Below are positions 9,216-17,261 of a stretch of 64,000 nt of DNA, one piece after another (position 1 is the stretch's first letter; each line of letters begins with the position of its first letter). The notes beneath the pieces are model-generated. The model had not been told where the DNA came from. It ran no database searches and was given only the letters and a program-made list of their open reading frames with translations. The position numbers and the translations under genes are program-made. This DNA comes from an uncultured bacterium (lineage in GTDB: Bacteria > Patescibacteriota > Saccharimonadia > Saccharimonadales > Saccharimonadaceae). Location: positions 306-64,305 of the forward strand of contig CBIFWO010000003.1 in the NCBI GenBank assembly GCA_966186595.1, written 5' to 3'.

Positions 9216-10187
9216 ATGATAGAGGTGATTGGCGATCAACGGATATGGGACGAGGAAGTACTAACCAGGAGTGGTCACCCCCTGCAACTGTGGGGGTGGG
9301 GCGAGGTGAAAGCCGCCCATAATTGGCGAGTGGAGCGTGTGTTCGTGAAGGATGGCGGGAAGGTGATTGGGGCGGCCCAGCTACTCATCAGACCTCTTCC
9401 GATGCCATTTCGATGTTTAGTTTATATTCCACGCGGTCCGGTTGCGGGAGCTTCTGATAGGGCAGAGGTGCTAAAGGAGTTAGCCGCTCATGCCAAAGAG
9501 AAGCACGAAGCGGTGGCAATCACTGTCGAGCCTGACTGGACAGAGATGCCAGATATAGAGGGGTGGAAGCATTCGGCCAATACAATTTTGATTCCTCGAA
9601 CGTTGATACTTGATCTGTCGAAAAGTGAGGATGAACTGCAGGCGGCTATGAGCAAAAAAACCCGTCAGTACATTCGCAAGTCGGGTAATGAGGCGATCGA
9701 GATTCGTAAGGTCAAGGGCAGAGAAGAGCTGGCGGCATGTTTGGCGATCTACAAAGAGACGGCAGCACGGGCGCATTTTGCTCTGCATGATGATGACTAT
9801 TACTACGATATTTATGACAAAATGGGCGAGTATTCACCGGTGTTCGCGGCCTTTTCAAATGGAGAGCCGGTTGCGTTTTTGTGGCTTGCCATCAGTCAAG
9901 AGACGGCATTTGAATTGTATGGTGGGATGAATGAGCGGGGTCAAGATCTACGGGCGAACTATGCGTTAAAGTGGCACGCGATTCAGACGATGAAAAAGTG
10001 GGGAATAGCCAGATATGATTTCAACGGGCTGTTAAACGATGGGGTGAGCACATTTAAGCAGAGCTTTGCTGACCACGAAGATATGCTAGTGGGGACATAC
10101 GACAAGCCGCTTTCACCCCTGTATGTTCTGTGGAATTATGGATTACCGATGGTGAAAAATATTTTTCGGAAACTAAAGAATCGTTGA
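9216..10187 (+). CDS. FemAB-family peptidoglycan interpeptide-bridge aminoacyltransferase
   Basis: 323 aa. N-terminal HPLQLWGWGEVKAAHNWR matches the FLQ..W...K..GW FemAB/MurM signature. Central coiled insert and a duplicated GNAT-like layout. Confidence 0.75.
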   Translation: MIEVIGDQRIWDEEVLTRSGHPLQLWGWGEVKAAHNWRVERVFVKDGGKVIGAAQLLIRPLPMPFRCLVYIPRGPVAGASDRAEVLKELAAHAKEKHEAVAITVEPDWTEMPDIEGWKHSANTILIPRTLILDLSKSEDELQAAMSKKTRQYIRKSGNEAIEIRKVKGREELAACLAIYKETAARAHFALHDDDYYYDIYDKMGEYSPVFAAFSNGEPVAFLWLAISQETAFELYGGMNERGQDLRANYALKWHAIQTMKKWGIARYDFNGLLNDGVSTFKQSFADHEDMLVGTYDKPLSPLYVLWNYGLPMVKNIFRKLKNR

Positions 10188-10198
10188 TTTTATTACAA

Positions 10199-11281
10199 CT
10201 AAAGATTCCATGCTGTCTTAGTCATGGAGAGGCTAGGAATGACTTCGAGATCTGTCGGATCGACAGGTGATTTCAGCTGGGCGTAATAGTAACCGAGGGT
10301 GGCAATCATAGCGGCATTATCGGTACAGAGCTGCATCGGGGCATATTCGATAGAGAGGGGAAGGCGGGCGGAGAGTTCGTCGCGGAGGGCTTGATTAGCG
10401 GCGACGCCTCCGGCGATGACAACGGATTTGGGCGAGTAATCCCGGAAAGCTCTCTCGGCTTTATCAACGAGGGTCTCAACGGCGACACGCTGAAAACTGG
10501 CAGCAAAATCAGCGCGCTGGACGTCATTTAAGCGCGCAGGAAGCTCGTGTGAAGGAAAAGTGTAATCAACCCCAACTTCGTGCTGGACGGTCCGCAGGAC
10601 GGCTGTCTTGAGCCCTGAGAATGAAAAATTGTATGGGTTCTCGAGCCTTGCTTTGGGCAGTGTGTAGCGACGGGGATCACCATCAAGTGCGGCTTTGCTG
10701 ATCGACGGGCCGCCAGGGTAGGGAAGGCCAATGATTTTTGCAACCTTATCGAACGCTTCTCCGACGGCATCATCCTGAGTTTGGCCGAGAAGTTCGTAAT
10801 TACCATGATCATGAAACAGGACTAGCTGCGAGTGGCCACCGCTAACGATAAGGGCGAGCATGGGAAAATCGGGCTGTTTGGTCGGCAGCGATAGTGAGAG
10901 GTGGCTTGCCTGTTCGACGATAAAATTCGCATACACATGTGCCTCGACATGATGAATGGGGTAGAGCGGCTTGTTTTTGAGTAGCGCCAAGGTACGAGCG
11001 GCGAGTGTTCCCACCAGGAGAGACCCAATCAGACCTGGCGCGTAAGTCACGGCAATGGCATCGATATCATCCCAGGTGAGGCCGCCATCAGAGAGTGCCT
11101 GCTTGATGACGGGGTTGATTACTTCGATATGACTTCGTGCAGCGACCTCTGGAACGACACCCCCATAGGCAGCATGGATATCAATCTGAGAATTGACGAC
11201 ATTGCTTAGCAGCCGCCGGCCGTCTTCAACAACGGCGGCAGCAGTTTCATCGCAACTACTCTCGATTCCCAGAATTCTCAT
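10199..11281 (-). CDS. tsaD: tRNA N6-adenosine threonylcarbamoyltransferase TsaD
   Basis: 360 aa. MRILGIESSCDETAAAV N-terminus and HHVEAH metal motif, as in the Kae1/TsaD family. Confidence 0.95.
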   Translation of the reverse strand: MRILGIESSCDETAAAVVEDGRRLLSNVVNSQIDIHAAYGGVVPEVAARSHIEVINPVIKQALSDGGLTWDDIDAIAVTYAPGLIGSLLVGTLAARTLALLKNKPLYPIHHVEAHVYANFIVEQASHLSLSLPTKQPDFPMLALIVSGGHSQLVLFHDHGNYELLGQTQDDAVGEAFDKVAKIIGLPYPGGPSISKAALDGDPRRYTLPKARLENPYNFSFSGLKTAVLRTVQHEVGVDYTFPSHELPARLNDVQRADFAASFQRVAVETLVDKAERAFRDYSPKSVVIAGGVAANQALRDELSARLPLSIEYAPMQLCTDNAAMIATLGYYYAQLKSPVDPTDLEVIPSLSMTKTAWNL

Positions 11282-11374
11282 CTGTTACAAGTATAATGCG
11301 TTTTCATCTTTTATAAAGGGTAAAGATGATATAATCTGGCGTGCGAGACAATTCCGAGCCGAAAGGTATCTCTC

Positions 11375-12199
11375 GTGACTATGTTGAGAAGAACTGTCGT
11401 TGCTGTTTTGGTGACGGTGTTCGTTGCTTTGGGGTTGGGGGTGCCAGTGGCAAACGCGAGTGGAGTGATGCCTCTCGATGATCAGAAGCTGATGCTTCGA
11501 GACTTGGGCATCAACAACTTGGGTCGGGTCGTCGTCGACAGTGCGATGACCTACCAACAGGCCATCGGTGACAGCGTCGTCCCGGAAGAGGGTCGCGCGG
11601 TGCACGCAGCGATGAAGCCGCACCTTCGCGTTGTTCCGGTGGCCTACTGGGGTCTGAGCAACAGCGGCCAACCCGATGGGCGTGTTCACGTGGGTCAGAT
11701 CGTGGTCCACCGACTGCTCGTTCGGGATACGCTGAAGACGACCCTGAAGATGTTCCAGCTGGGATTCCCGATCCACTCGGTGATTCCGCAGAGTGCGTTC
11801 GGGTACAGCGACGCTGAGTCGATGGCGGCGAACAACTCGTCCAACTACCGGCCCGAATCGGGGTCGGAGCACGGACGGGCTGCCGCGTTCGACTGGAACC
11901 CGGTGCAGAATCCGTTCGACATCACTGGCTACAACCCGAACGTGCCCGTGCAGCCGGCGGGCGCCGTGCACGACCCGACCAAGCCCGGCACTCTCACCAT
12001 GGATGGCGCAGTTCGCAAGTACTGGGCATCGTTGAACTGGGAGTGGGGTGGCAACTGGGGCAACCCGGACGCCGATCCGCCAACGGACTTCTTCCGGAAG
12101 GGGTTCTTCGACTGGCAGCACTTCCAGCTCAACGCGAAGCGGTACGACGCATTCGTCGCGCAGCTGCCGCCCTGTGTGCGTGACTGGACCTGCGTCTAG
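11375..12199 (+). CDS. secreted LAS/M15-family peptidoglycan peptidase (VanY / M15_4-like); GC-rich
   Basis: 274 aa. Signal peptide (VAVLVTVFVALGLGVPVANASG). SEHGRAAAFD matches the S-x-H-x-x-G-x-A-x-D motif. WEWGGNWG...DWQHFQL matches the W.WGG.W...D..HF motif of M15 peptidases. The antisense 305-aa ORF is Arg/His-rich junk. Confidence 0.65.
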   Translation: MTMLRRTVVAVLVTVFVALGLGVPVANASGVMPLDDQKLMLRDLGINNLGRVVVDSAMTYQQAIGDSVVPEEGRAVHAAMKPHLRVVPVAYWGLSNSGQPDGRVHVGQIVVHRLLVRDTLKTTLKMFQLGFPIHSVIPQSAFGYSDAESMAANNSSNYRPESGSEHGRAAAFDWNPVQNPFDITGYNPNVPVQPAGAVHDPTKPGTLTMDGAVRKYWASLNWEWGGNWGNPDADPPTDFFRKGFFDWQHFQLNAKRYDAFVAQLPPCVRDWTCV

Positions 12200-12347
12200 C
12201 ACTTCAACCCCGCTTACTGCGTCGAGACGATATGCTCCGTGGGAGGCGGGGTATATCTATGGTTTACGATGTTACAATCTGGCCTGATGGTCGGAATCGT
12301 TGTGGGTCTCTTCGTGTTGTGCACCGGGGGCAATTTCCGTTTTTGGA

Positions 12348-12929
12348 CTAAATTTTTACTGCGCCTTCTCGGATAACCTCAACCTCACCATCGTCGAGCA
12401 GACGAATAATTGTTGAGGGGGAGCGACCAGAACGATCGCCATCATCAACGTAAAAATCAACTGAATCTTTGAAATAATTCCAAGCCTGATTGATCGTAAT
12501 CGATCCCGGCTCTCCGGGTTGATTAGCGCTTGAGGTGAGAAGCGGGCCAGTCTGCTGCAAGATTCGACTAGTTGTTGCGTCATCGACAACACGTATAGCT
12601 ATCGTGCCAACACCTTGGTGAAGGTAGGCAAAGTCCTCTCCAACAGGCAAGATGATGCTAAGCGGATTTGGCCAGAGATTGACGGTCAAAGCAAGAAGGC
12701 TATCAGGAACGCCTAGTTCCCGCAGCTGATCAGTCGAAGCGGCAATGAGTGTACCAGGCTTCTTCTCGCGTGATTTTAGAGTGTATAGTCGCTCTACCGC
12801 CTGCTGATCATGCGCAGATGCCACCAGGCCATAAACAGTATCGGTCGGCATGATGCCTACTTTTCCCTCTTGGATGAGGGTGATGGCGCGCGAAACGCCG
12901 GTGATCTTACTCTGAGGAATCAGTTCCAT
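12348..12929 (-). CDS. tsaC: L-threonylcarbamoyladenylate synthase (YrdC/TsaC type)
   Basis: 193 aa YrdC domain with the MPTDTVYGL motif. Confidence 0.85.
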   Translation of the reverse strand: MELIPQSKITGVSRAITLIQEGKVGIMPTDTVYGLVASAHDQQAVERLYTLKSREKKPGTLIAASTDQLRELGVPDSLLALTVNLWPNPLSIILPVGEDFAYLHQGVGTIAIRVVDDATTSRILQQTGPLLTSSANQPGEPGSITINQAWNYFKDSVDFYVDDGDRSGRSPSTIIRLLDDGEVEVIREGAVKI

Positions 12930-12960
12930 ATATCTAGAATTGTACCATGAGACATGAAGC

Positions 12961-12987
12961 TCCCCCGGTCAACAATCGACCGGGGGA
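12961..12987 (-). terminator. conserved unit hairpin 1
   Basis: Perfect 10-bp stem (tcccccggtc / gaccggggga) with a 7-nt loop, 26 nt downstream of the cupin-1 stop. There is no U-tract. Confidence 0.5.
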
Positions 12988-13012
12988 AGCTCTTCAGGGG
13001 TGAAGCGAACGC

Positions 13013-13627
13013 TCAACTGACGAGGTCCAGGACTTCATCGGTGAAAATCTCGAAGTTGAGATGAAGCGAGTACTCGGGAGTGCTTGCTTCATGTTCGACA
13101 TCTGGTGGCATGATCAGGATGTCGCCAGCTTCGAGCACGAGTTCTCGCCGTGGTTCAGTCCCTCCGTCCTCGCGGATGAGTAGGCGCTTGGATCCTTCGA
13201 TCTGAGTGATGACGCCTACCCACCGATCGGTGTGCGGAGCGAATGATGCATCACCTGCCCGCGACTGGTAGGCGGAACAGGCGACCGGGAACTCTGTTGC
13301 CCCCGCGAGCATGATCTCGACAGCCCTGACCCATCCTCCGCCGTGCTCGCCCACATTTTCGCATACCTGAGTACGCGGTTGGGCGGAGTAGGCGGCCTCC
13401 ACGTCAGTGGTAGCCAGTTGTCGCTCGATGCCCTCGGGGCTCAGTAAGGACACTTTCTGGGTCGACGCCCGATCCTCACCGATTGCCATGGGCAGCGATT
13501 GGAGCCACGCCGGGTCGAAAGCGCCCTTCACGTGGAGCAGGCTGACAGAGGGGTTAGCTCTGGAAAACCCACTCGCGACGAGGACGCGCCAGAGCCGTCT
13601 GGCTACAAGGCTTGCCTCGTCGGACAT
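13013..13627 (-). CDS. JmjC/cupin_4-like Fe(II)/2-oxoglutarate oxygenase, short form (copy 1)
   Basis: 204 aa when started at ATG 13627, by alignment with copies 2 and 3; the track ORF runs on to 13765. H-x-D...H triad (APHTDRW ... VEHE) and QIEGSKRLLI. Confidence 0.7.
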   Translation of the reverse strand: MSDEASLVARRLWRVLVASGFSRANPSVSLLHVKGAFDPAWLQSLPMAIGEDRASTQKVSLLSPEGIERQLATTDVEAAYSAQPRTQVCENVGEHGGGWVRAVEIMLAGATEFPVACSAYQSRAGDASFAPHTDRWVGVITQIEGSKRLLIREDGGTEPRRELVLEAGDILIMPPDVEHEASTPEYSLHLNFEIFTDEVLDLVS

Positions 13628-13628
13628 G

Positions 13629-13793
13629 TCAGCTGTGGTGCACATGGGGCATCCCCGCCCTGATGTCGTAGCTGTACCCCCTGGCCACCCGGCTGCCGAG
13701 CGCAGCTTCCACGGCATGCCAGTCGAACTCGGGCAGTGGTGCGTCGGGCAGCTCGTCGAATTCAACGGAGGCTGCGATGGCTGGCGCGGTCAA
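13629..13793 (-). CDS. conserved small peptide P1 (54 aa) coupled to cupin 1
   Basis: TTG at 13793 lies after GAAGGTGAG. The stop TGA is 1 nt before the cupin ATG. Sequence MTAPAIAASVEFDELPDAPLPEFD...GYSYDIRAGMPHVHHS aligns with P2 and P3. Confidence 0.55.
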   Translation of the reverse strand: MTAPAIAASVEFDELPDAPLPEFDWHAVEAALGSRVARGYSYDIRAGMPHVHHS

Positions 13794-13842
13794 GGAACTC
13801 ACCTTCTCCTTTGTTGCTTCACACTCGGAATGAGCTAATTGC

Positions 13843-13872
13843 ACGATACAACACATTAATACACATAGTCAA
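13843..13872 (-). promoter_or_regulatory. promoter-like motif of unit 1 (TTGACT-N18-TATCGT)
   Basis: Minus strand: TTGACT at 13872..13867 and TATCGT at 13848..13843. Equivalent motifs in unit 2 (14865..14837, TTGACT-N17-TACTGT) and unit 3 (15840..15812, TTGACG-N17-TATGGT). Confidence 0.45.
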
Positions 13873-13921
13873 TGTATATCGAGGCAGATAAATACAAGAA
13901 TTGTACCCCGAGACATGAAAC

Positions 13922-13950
13922 TCCCCCCGGCCATCGATCGACCGGGGGAA
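13922..13950 (-). terminator. conserved unit hairpin 2
   Basis: 7-bp GC stem (cccccgg / ccggggg) around a loop containing atcgatcga, downstream of the cupin-2 stop. Confidence 0.45.
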
Positions 13951-13976
13951 GCTCTCCATGAGTGAAGTCGACCCGA

Positions 13977-14597
13977 TTATCCCGTGCGGAGCAGGGGCCG
14001 ATCCGTGAAAATCTCGAAGTTGAGATGAAGTGAGGACTCGGGAGTTCTCACTTCATGCTGGACATCTGGCGGCATGAGCAGGACGTCTCCGGCCTCAGTC
14101 ACGAGTTCCTGGAGGGGTCCCCGCCCATGGTCATCTCGTACCAGCCAGAGCTTCGAGCCCTTCACTTGGGGGATCAGCCCAATCCATCCGTCGACATGGG
14201 CGTCGAATGACGCATCTCCCTTTCTCGACTCATAGGAGGAACTGCTGACGCAGAACCCCGTAGCCGCAGAGAGGGCGATCACAACGTCCCTCACCCATCC
14301 GCCGCCGAACTTGCCCAGGTTCTCGTACGCGCGTGTACGCGGTTGGGCGGAGTAGGCGGCCTCGACGTCGGCGTCATGGAGCCATCGCTCGATCCCGTGG
14401 GGATCCAGCAGAGAGACCTCCTGACTCGCGGCCCTGTTCTCGCCTACGGCAAGGGGCAGGCTCTGTAGCCATGCCGGGTCGAATACCCTCTTCACGTGGA
14501 GGAGCCGGACAGAGGGGTTCTCCTTGGTGAACCCTCCCGCCGTTAACACGTGCCAGAGGGCATCGGCGACGGCGAGGGCGTCCGTCACTACCGTCAC
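13977..14597 (-). CDS. JmjC/cupin_4-like Fe(II)/2-oxoglutarate oxygenase, short form (copy 2)
   Basis: 206 aa. The GTG start overlaps the P2 stop (GTGA). AHVDGW ... VQHE triad and QVKGSKLWLV. Confidence 0.7.
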   Translation of the reverse strand: MTVVTDALAVADALWHVLTAGGFTKENPSVRLLHVKRVFDPAWLQSLPLAVGENRAASQEVSLLDPHGIERWLHDADVEAAYSAQPRTRAYENLGKFGGGWVRDVVIALSAATGFCVSSSSYESRKGDASFDAHVDGWIGLIPQVKGSKLWLVRDDHGRGPLQELVTEAGDVLLMPPDVQHEVRTPESSLHLNFEIFTDRPLLRTG

Positions 14598-14782
14598 GAG
14601 AGCGACGGGTCGAACGGGTCGCCGACGACGTGCTTGTGTGCGCCACCCCTAATCCTGTAGATGTACGGCTCGGCGACGGGACGGCAGATCGCTGCCGCAA
14701 TTGCGGCTGGATCGAGATCGGGCAGTGTCGCCTCGGGCAGCTCGTCGAAGTCGACGGTGACTGCAGTGGTTGGAGCAGACAA
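14594..14782 (-). CDS. conserved small peptide P2 (62 aa) coupled to cupin 2
   Basis: TTG start. Sequence MSAPTTAVTVDFDELPEATLPDLD...PYIYRIRGGAHKHVV. 4-nt overlap with the cupin start. Confidence 0.55.
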   Translation of the reverse strand: MSAPTTAVTVDFDELPEATLPDLDPAAIAAAICRPVAEPYIYRIRGGAHKHVVGDPFDPSLS

Positions 14783-14911
14783 TTGGAGCTCACCTTCTCG
14801 GTTAGTGGAACTTCATGCTCAGAAAGAGCTAATTGTACAGTATGATATATTATACGCATAGTCAATGTACATTGAGCAGATAAATACCAAAGGCACTATG
14901 AGACATGAAGC

Positions 14912-14938
14912 TCCCCCGGTCAACGATCGACCGGGGGA
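14912..14938 (-). terminator. conserved unit hairpin 3
   Basis: The same 10-bp stem (tcccccggtc / gaccggggga) with a 7-nt loop. Confidence 0.5.
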
Positions 14939-14968
14939 AGCTCTCCGGAGGGGAAGAAAACACCTAGC

Positions 14969-15583
14969 TCACCGGGTGAGGGGTAGATGGGTGAAGATCT
15001 CGAAGTTGACGTGAAGTGAGGACTCGGGAGTGCTCACTTCATGTTCAACAGTGGGTGGCATGATGAGAACATCACCCGCCTCGATGATGAGCTGCTGCCT
15101 CGGGCCCGTCCTCCCATTGCGAATCAGGAAGCGCTTTGAGCCCTTGATCTGAAGGATCACTCCGATCCAACGATCAACGTGCGCCCCGAAGGACGCATCG
15201 CCTGCTAGTGACTGATAGGCCGAACATCCGACGGAGAATCCCGTGGCGGTTGCCAAGAGAAGTTCTACGTCCTCGATCCATCCGCCACCGAGCTTGCCCA
15301 GATCCTCGTACACACGGGTACGAGACCGGGATGCATAAGCAGCCTCGACATCGGCGTCGTCGAGCCATCGCTCGATCCCGTCAGGGCTCAACAAGGACAC
15401 CTTTTGATCGGCGGCCCGGCGTTCCCCAATCGGCACTGGAAGGCTCCGTAGCCATTCCGGGTCAAGCGCGCGTCTGACGTGCAGAGCTCTCACAGAGGGG
15501 TTGCCTCTGGAGAATCCGCTTGCTGAGACGACGCGCCACAGCGTGCCGGCAATAGCTACCGGTGCCTCGATGGTGGTTGGCAT
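14969..15583 (-). CDS. JmjC/cupin_4-like Fe(II)/2-oxoglutarate oxygenase, short form (copy 3)
   Basis: 204 aa. AHVDRW ... VEHE triad and QIKGSKRFLI. About 55-65 % identical to copies 1 and 2 by eye. Confidence 0.7.
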   Translation of the reverse strand: MPTTIEAPVAIAGTLWRVVSASGFSRGNPSVRALHVRRALDPEWLRSLPVPIGERRAADQKVSLLSPDGIERWLDDADVEAAYASRSRTRVYEDLGKLGGGWIEDVELLLATATGFSVGCSAYQSLAGDASFGAHVDRWIGVILQIKGSKRFLIRNGRTGPRQQLIIEAGDVLIMPPTVEHEVSTPESSLHVNFEIFTHLPLTR

Positions 15584-15587
15584 GGCA

Positions 15588-15758
15588 CTACCTAACTGCA
15601 GTCAGGTGTGCATGGCCTCCGGACTCCATCTCATAGAGGTATGGGGTGCCCATACGACAATCCCTTGCCGCCTGCATGAGGTCGGGATTGGCATCGGGCA
15701 GCGTCACCGTGGGCAGGTCGTCGAGGTTGACGGTCTCTGCAATAATTGGCGCGGTCAA
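15588..15758 (-). CDS. conserved small peptide P3 (56 aa) coupled to cupin 3
   Basis: Below the ORF-track cutoff, so I translated it by hand: (TTG)MTAPIIAETVNLDDLPTVTLPDANPDLMQAARDCRMGTPYLYEMESGGHAHLTAVR. The stop TAG lies 4 nt before the cupin ATG. Confidence 0.5.
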   Translation of the reverse strand: MTAPIIAETVNLDDLPTVTLPDANPDLMQAARDCRMGTPYLYEMESGGHAHLTAVR

Positions 15759-15880
15759 GGAGCTCACCTCATCTTACATCGGTTTCTTCACGCTCAGAAA
15801 GAGCTGATCGTACCATACAACATAAGTTATTAATCGTCAATGCACCAAAAAGTACAACGGAATAGTGGTAGAATAGAAAC

Positions 15881-17176
15881 ATGAAAGAGGAGTTGGTAAA
15901 AGGGGCGCGACGTATCTTGCCACAAGGTGCAGTGCGTGGGCTGGAGGAGGCCTACCGTCGTAGTCGCGTTCGATTGATAAGCGCCAAATATGGCAATCCT
16001 GCAAAAGGGCTGAAGGTGATTGCCGTTACGGGTACGAATGGCAAGACGACAACGGTCAATTACATTAATGAAATTCTGAAGGAAGCCGGATACAAGACGG
16101 CGATGTTTAGTACCGCTTTGATCGAAGTGGCAGGTCAGACGAAATTGAATGATCTAAATGCGACCGTGGCATCAACCGAGCGAATGCAGCAATTCTTTCG
16201 GGATGCTAAACAGGCGGGCGCTGATTATGTGGTCCTCGAGATAACGAGTCATGCTCTCCAGCAGCACAAACTAGACGGTGTGCCGATTGAGGTGGCAATT
16301 ATGACCAACCTTACGCAGGATCATCTAGATTATCATAAGACAATGGACGAATATGCGGCTGCCAAAGCGAAGCTTTTCCAGGGTGAGCCAAAATTTATTG
16401 TGTTGAACCGTGACGATGAATGGTTTGATTATTTCAATCAATTTTATGCTGGTGCACAAAAAATCACCTACGGAACGCACGAGGAAGCCGAGGCGAAGAT
16501 CGACTACGTCAAACTCTATAAAAAGGGAAGTGAAGCTACAGTCGTGATCGATCATCAGACCAAGCTTCATCTGGCGACAGCCCTTCCTGGCAGGTTCAAT
16601 GTCTATAACATGACGGCGGCCGCGGCGACAGCATACCTTCTGGGGATGAAATTAACCGACATTGTTGAGGGTGTGGCAAATCTCGAAGGAATCCCTGGTC
16701 GTTTTGAACGAGTCGTTGAGGGAATGGGCTATGATGTAATCGTTGATTATGCACACACGCCCGACGCCTTGCAGCAGCTACTCGAAGCGGCAAAGGCTGT
16801 CACGAAAAATCGCGTCATCCTGGTATTTGGGGCGACGGGCGATCGTGACAAAAGCAAGCGTCCAATCATGGGCGAAATTGCCGCCAAATACGCAGATCGA
16901 ATTATTTTGACCGACGAAGAGAGCTACAACGAAGATCCAGAAGGCATACGTGCACAAGTGCGAGAGGGGATTGAAAAAGCTGGCGCCGACGGGAAATTAA
17001 CCGAAATCCCAGATCGCCGCGAAGCCATTGAAAAAGCCCTTTCTATTGCAAAAAAGAACGATACAATTTTGATTACTGGTATGGGGCACGAGCAGTTTCG
17101 GATCGTGAACGGGGAAAAATTGCCTTGGAATGACGGCGAAGTGGTCCGCGAGATTCTAGATACCAAGAAGTCTTAA
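15881..17176 (+). CDS. murE: Mur ligase, MurE-like (UDP-MurNAc-L-Ala-D-Glu--diamino acid ligase), lacking the usual N-terminal domain
   Basis: 431 aa. Motifs GTNGKTTT, LEITSHAL, TNLTQDHLDYH, PGRFNVYN, GRFE, VDYAHTPDAL, GATGDRDKSKRP. DEES stands where DAP-type enzymes have DNPR. Confidence 0.8.
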   Translation: MKEELVKGARRILPQGAVRGLEEAYRRSRVRLISAKYGNPAKGLKVIAVTGTNGKTTTVNYINEILKEAGYKTAMFSTALIEVAGQTKLNDLNATVASTERMQQFFRDAKQAGADYVVLEITSHALQQHKLDGVPIEVAIMTNLTQDHLDYHKTMDEYAAAKAKLFQGEPKFIVLNRDDEWFDYFNQFYAGAQKITYGTHEEAEAKIDYVKLYKKGSEATVVIDHQTKLHLATALPGRFNVYNMTAAAATAYLLGMKLTDIVEGVANLEGIPGRFERVVEGMGYDVIVDYAHTPDALQQLLEAAKAVTKNRVILVFGATGDRDKSKRPIMGEIAAKYADRIILTDEESYNEDPEGIRAQVREGIEKAGADGKLTEIPDRREAIEKALSIAKKNDTILITGMGHEQFRIVNGEKLPWNDGEVVREILDTKKS

Positions 17177-17185
17177 AATGCGATA

Positions 17186-17224
17186 AGCCGCAACCAGGAT
17201 ATGTGCTATCGACTGGTTGCGGCT
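17186..17224. terminator. bidirectional hairpin between murE and Z1
   Basis: Perfect 12-bp stem (agccgcaaccag / ctggttgcggct) with a 15-nt loop. Confidence 0.65.
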
Positions 17225-17261
17225 CGCAATTCGATCATTCGCTGTTCTAATGCCGGAGCGC

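Larger units (their letters stand above)
12931..15850 (-). repeat. three diverged tandem units of about 0.98 kb (promoter - peptide ORF - cupin ORF - hairpin)
   Basis: Unit borders at about 12931, 13900, 14890 and 15850. Conserved blocks recur three times: gaattgtacc..gagacatgaagctcccccggtcaac.atcgaccgggggaagctc, and gagct.at.g.ac...caatg (promoter region). Confidence 0.85.

Noticed and set aside
11285-12202. 305-aa minus-strand ORF covering the M15 peptidase locus
   Set aside because: Its composition (R/H/V/P-rich) is shadow-like and it has no motifs. The plus-strand frame has a signal peptide and LAS-family zinc-ligand blocks.
12244-12352. Small hydrophobic ORF (MLQSGLMVGIVVGLFVLCTGG...) after the M15 gene
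   Set aside because: It has no SD, runs into the 3' end of tsaC on the opposite strand, and there is no supporting conservation evidence.
13407-15833. Plus-strand ORFs 13407..13838, 14333..14530, 14630..14861, 15208..15477 and 15501..15833, and minus-strand ORF 14374..14865, inside the cupin array
   Set aside because: They are not conserved between the three repeat units and look like junk sequence. The cupin and peptide frames are the ones conserved across all three units.
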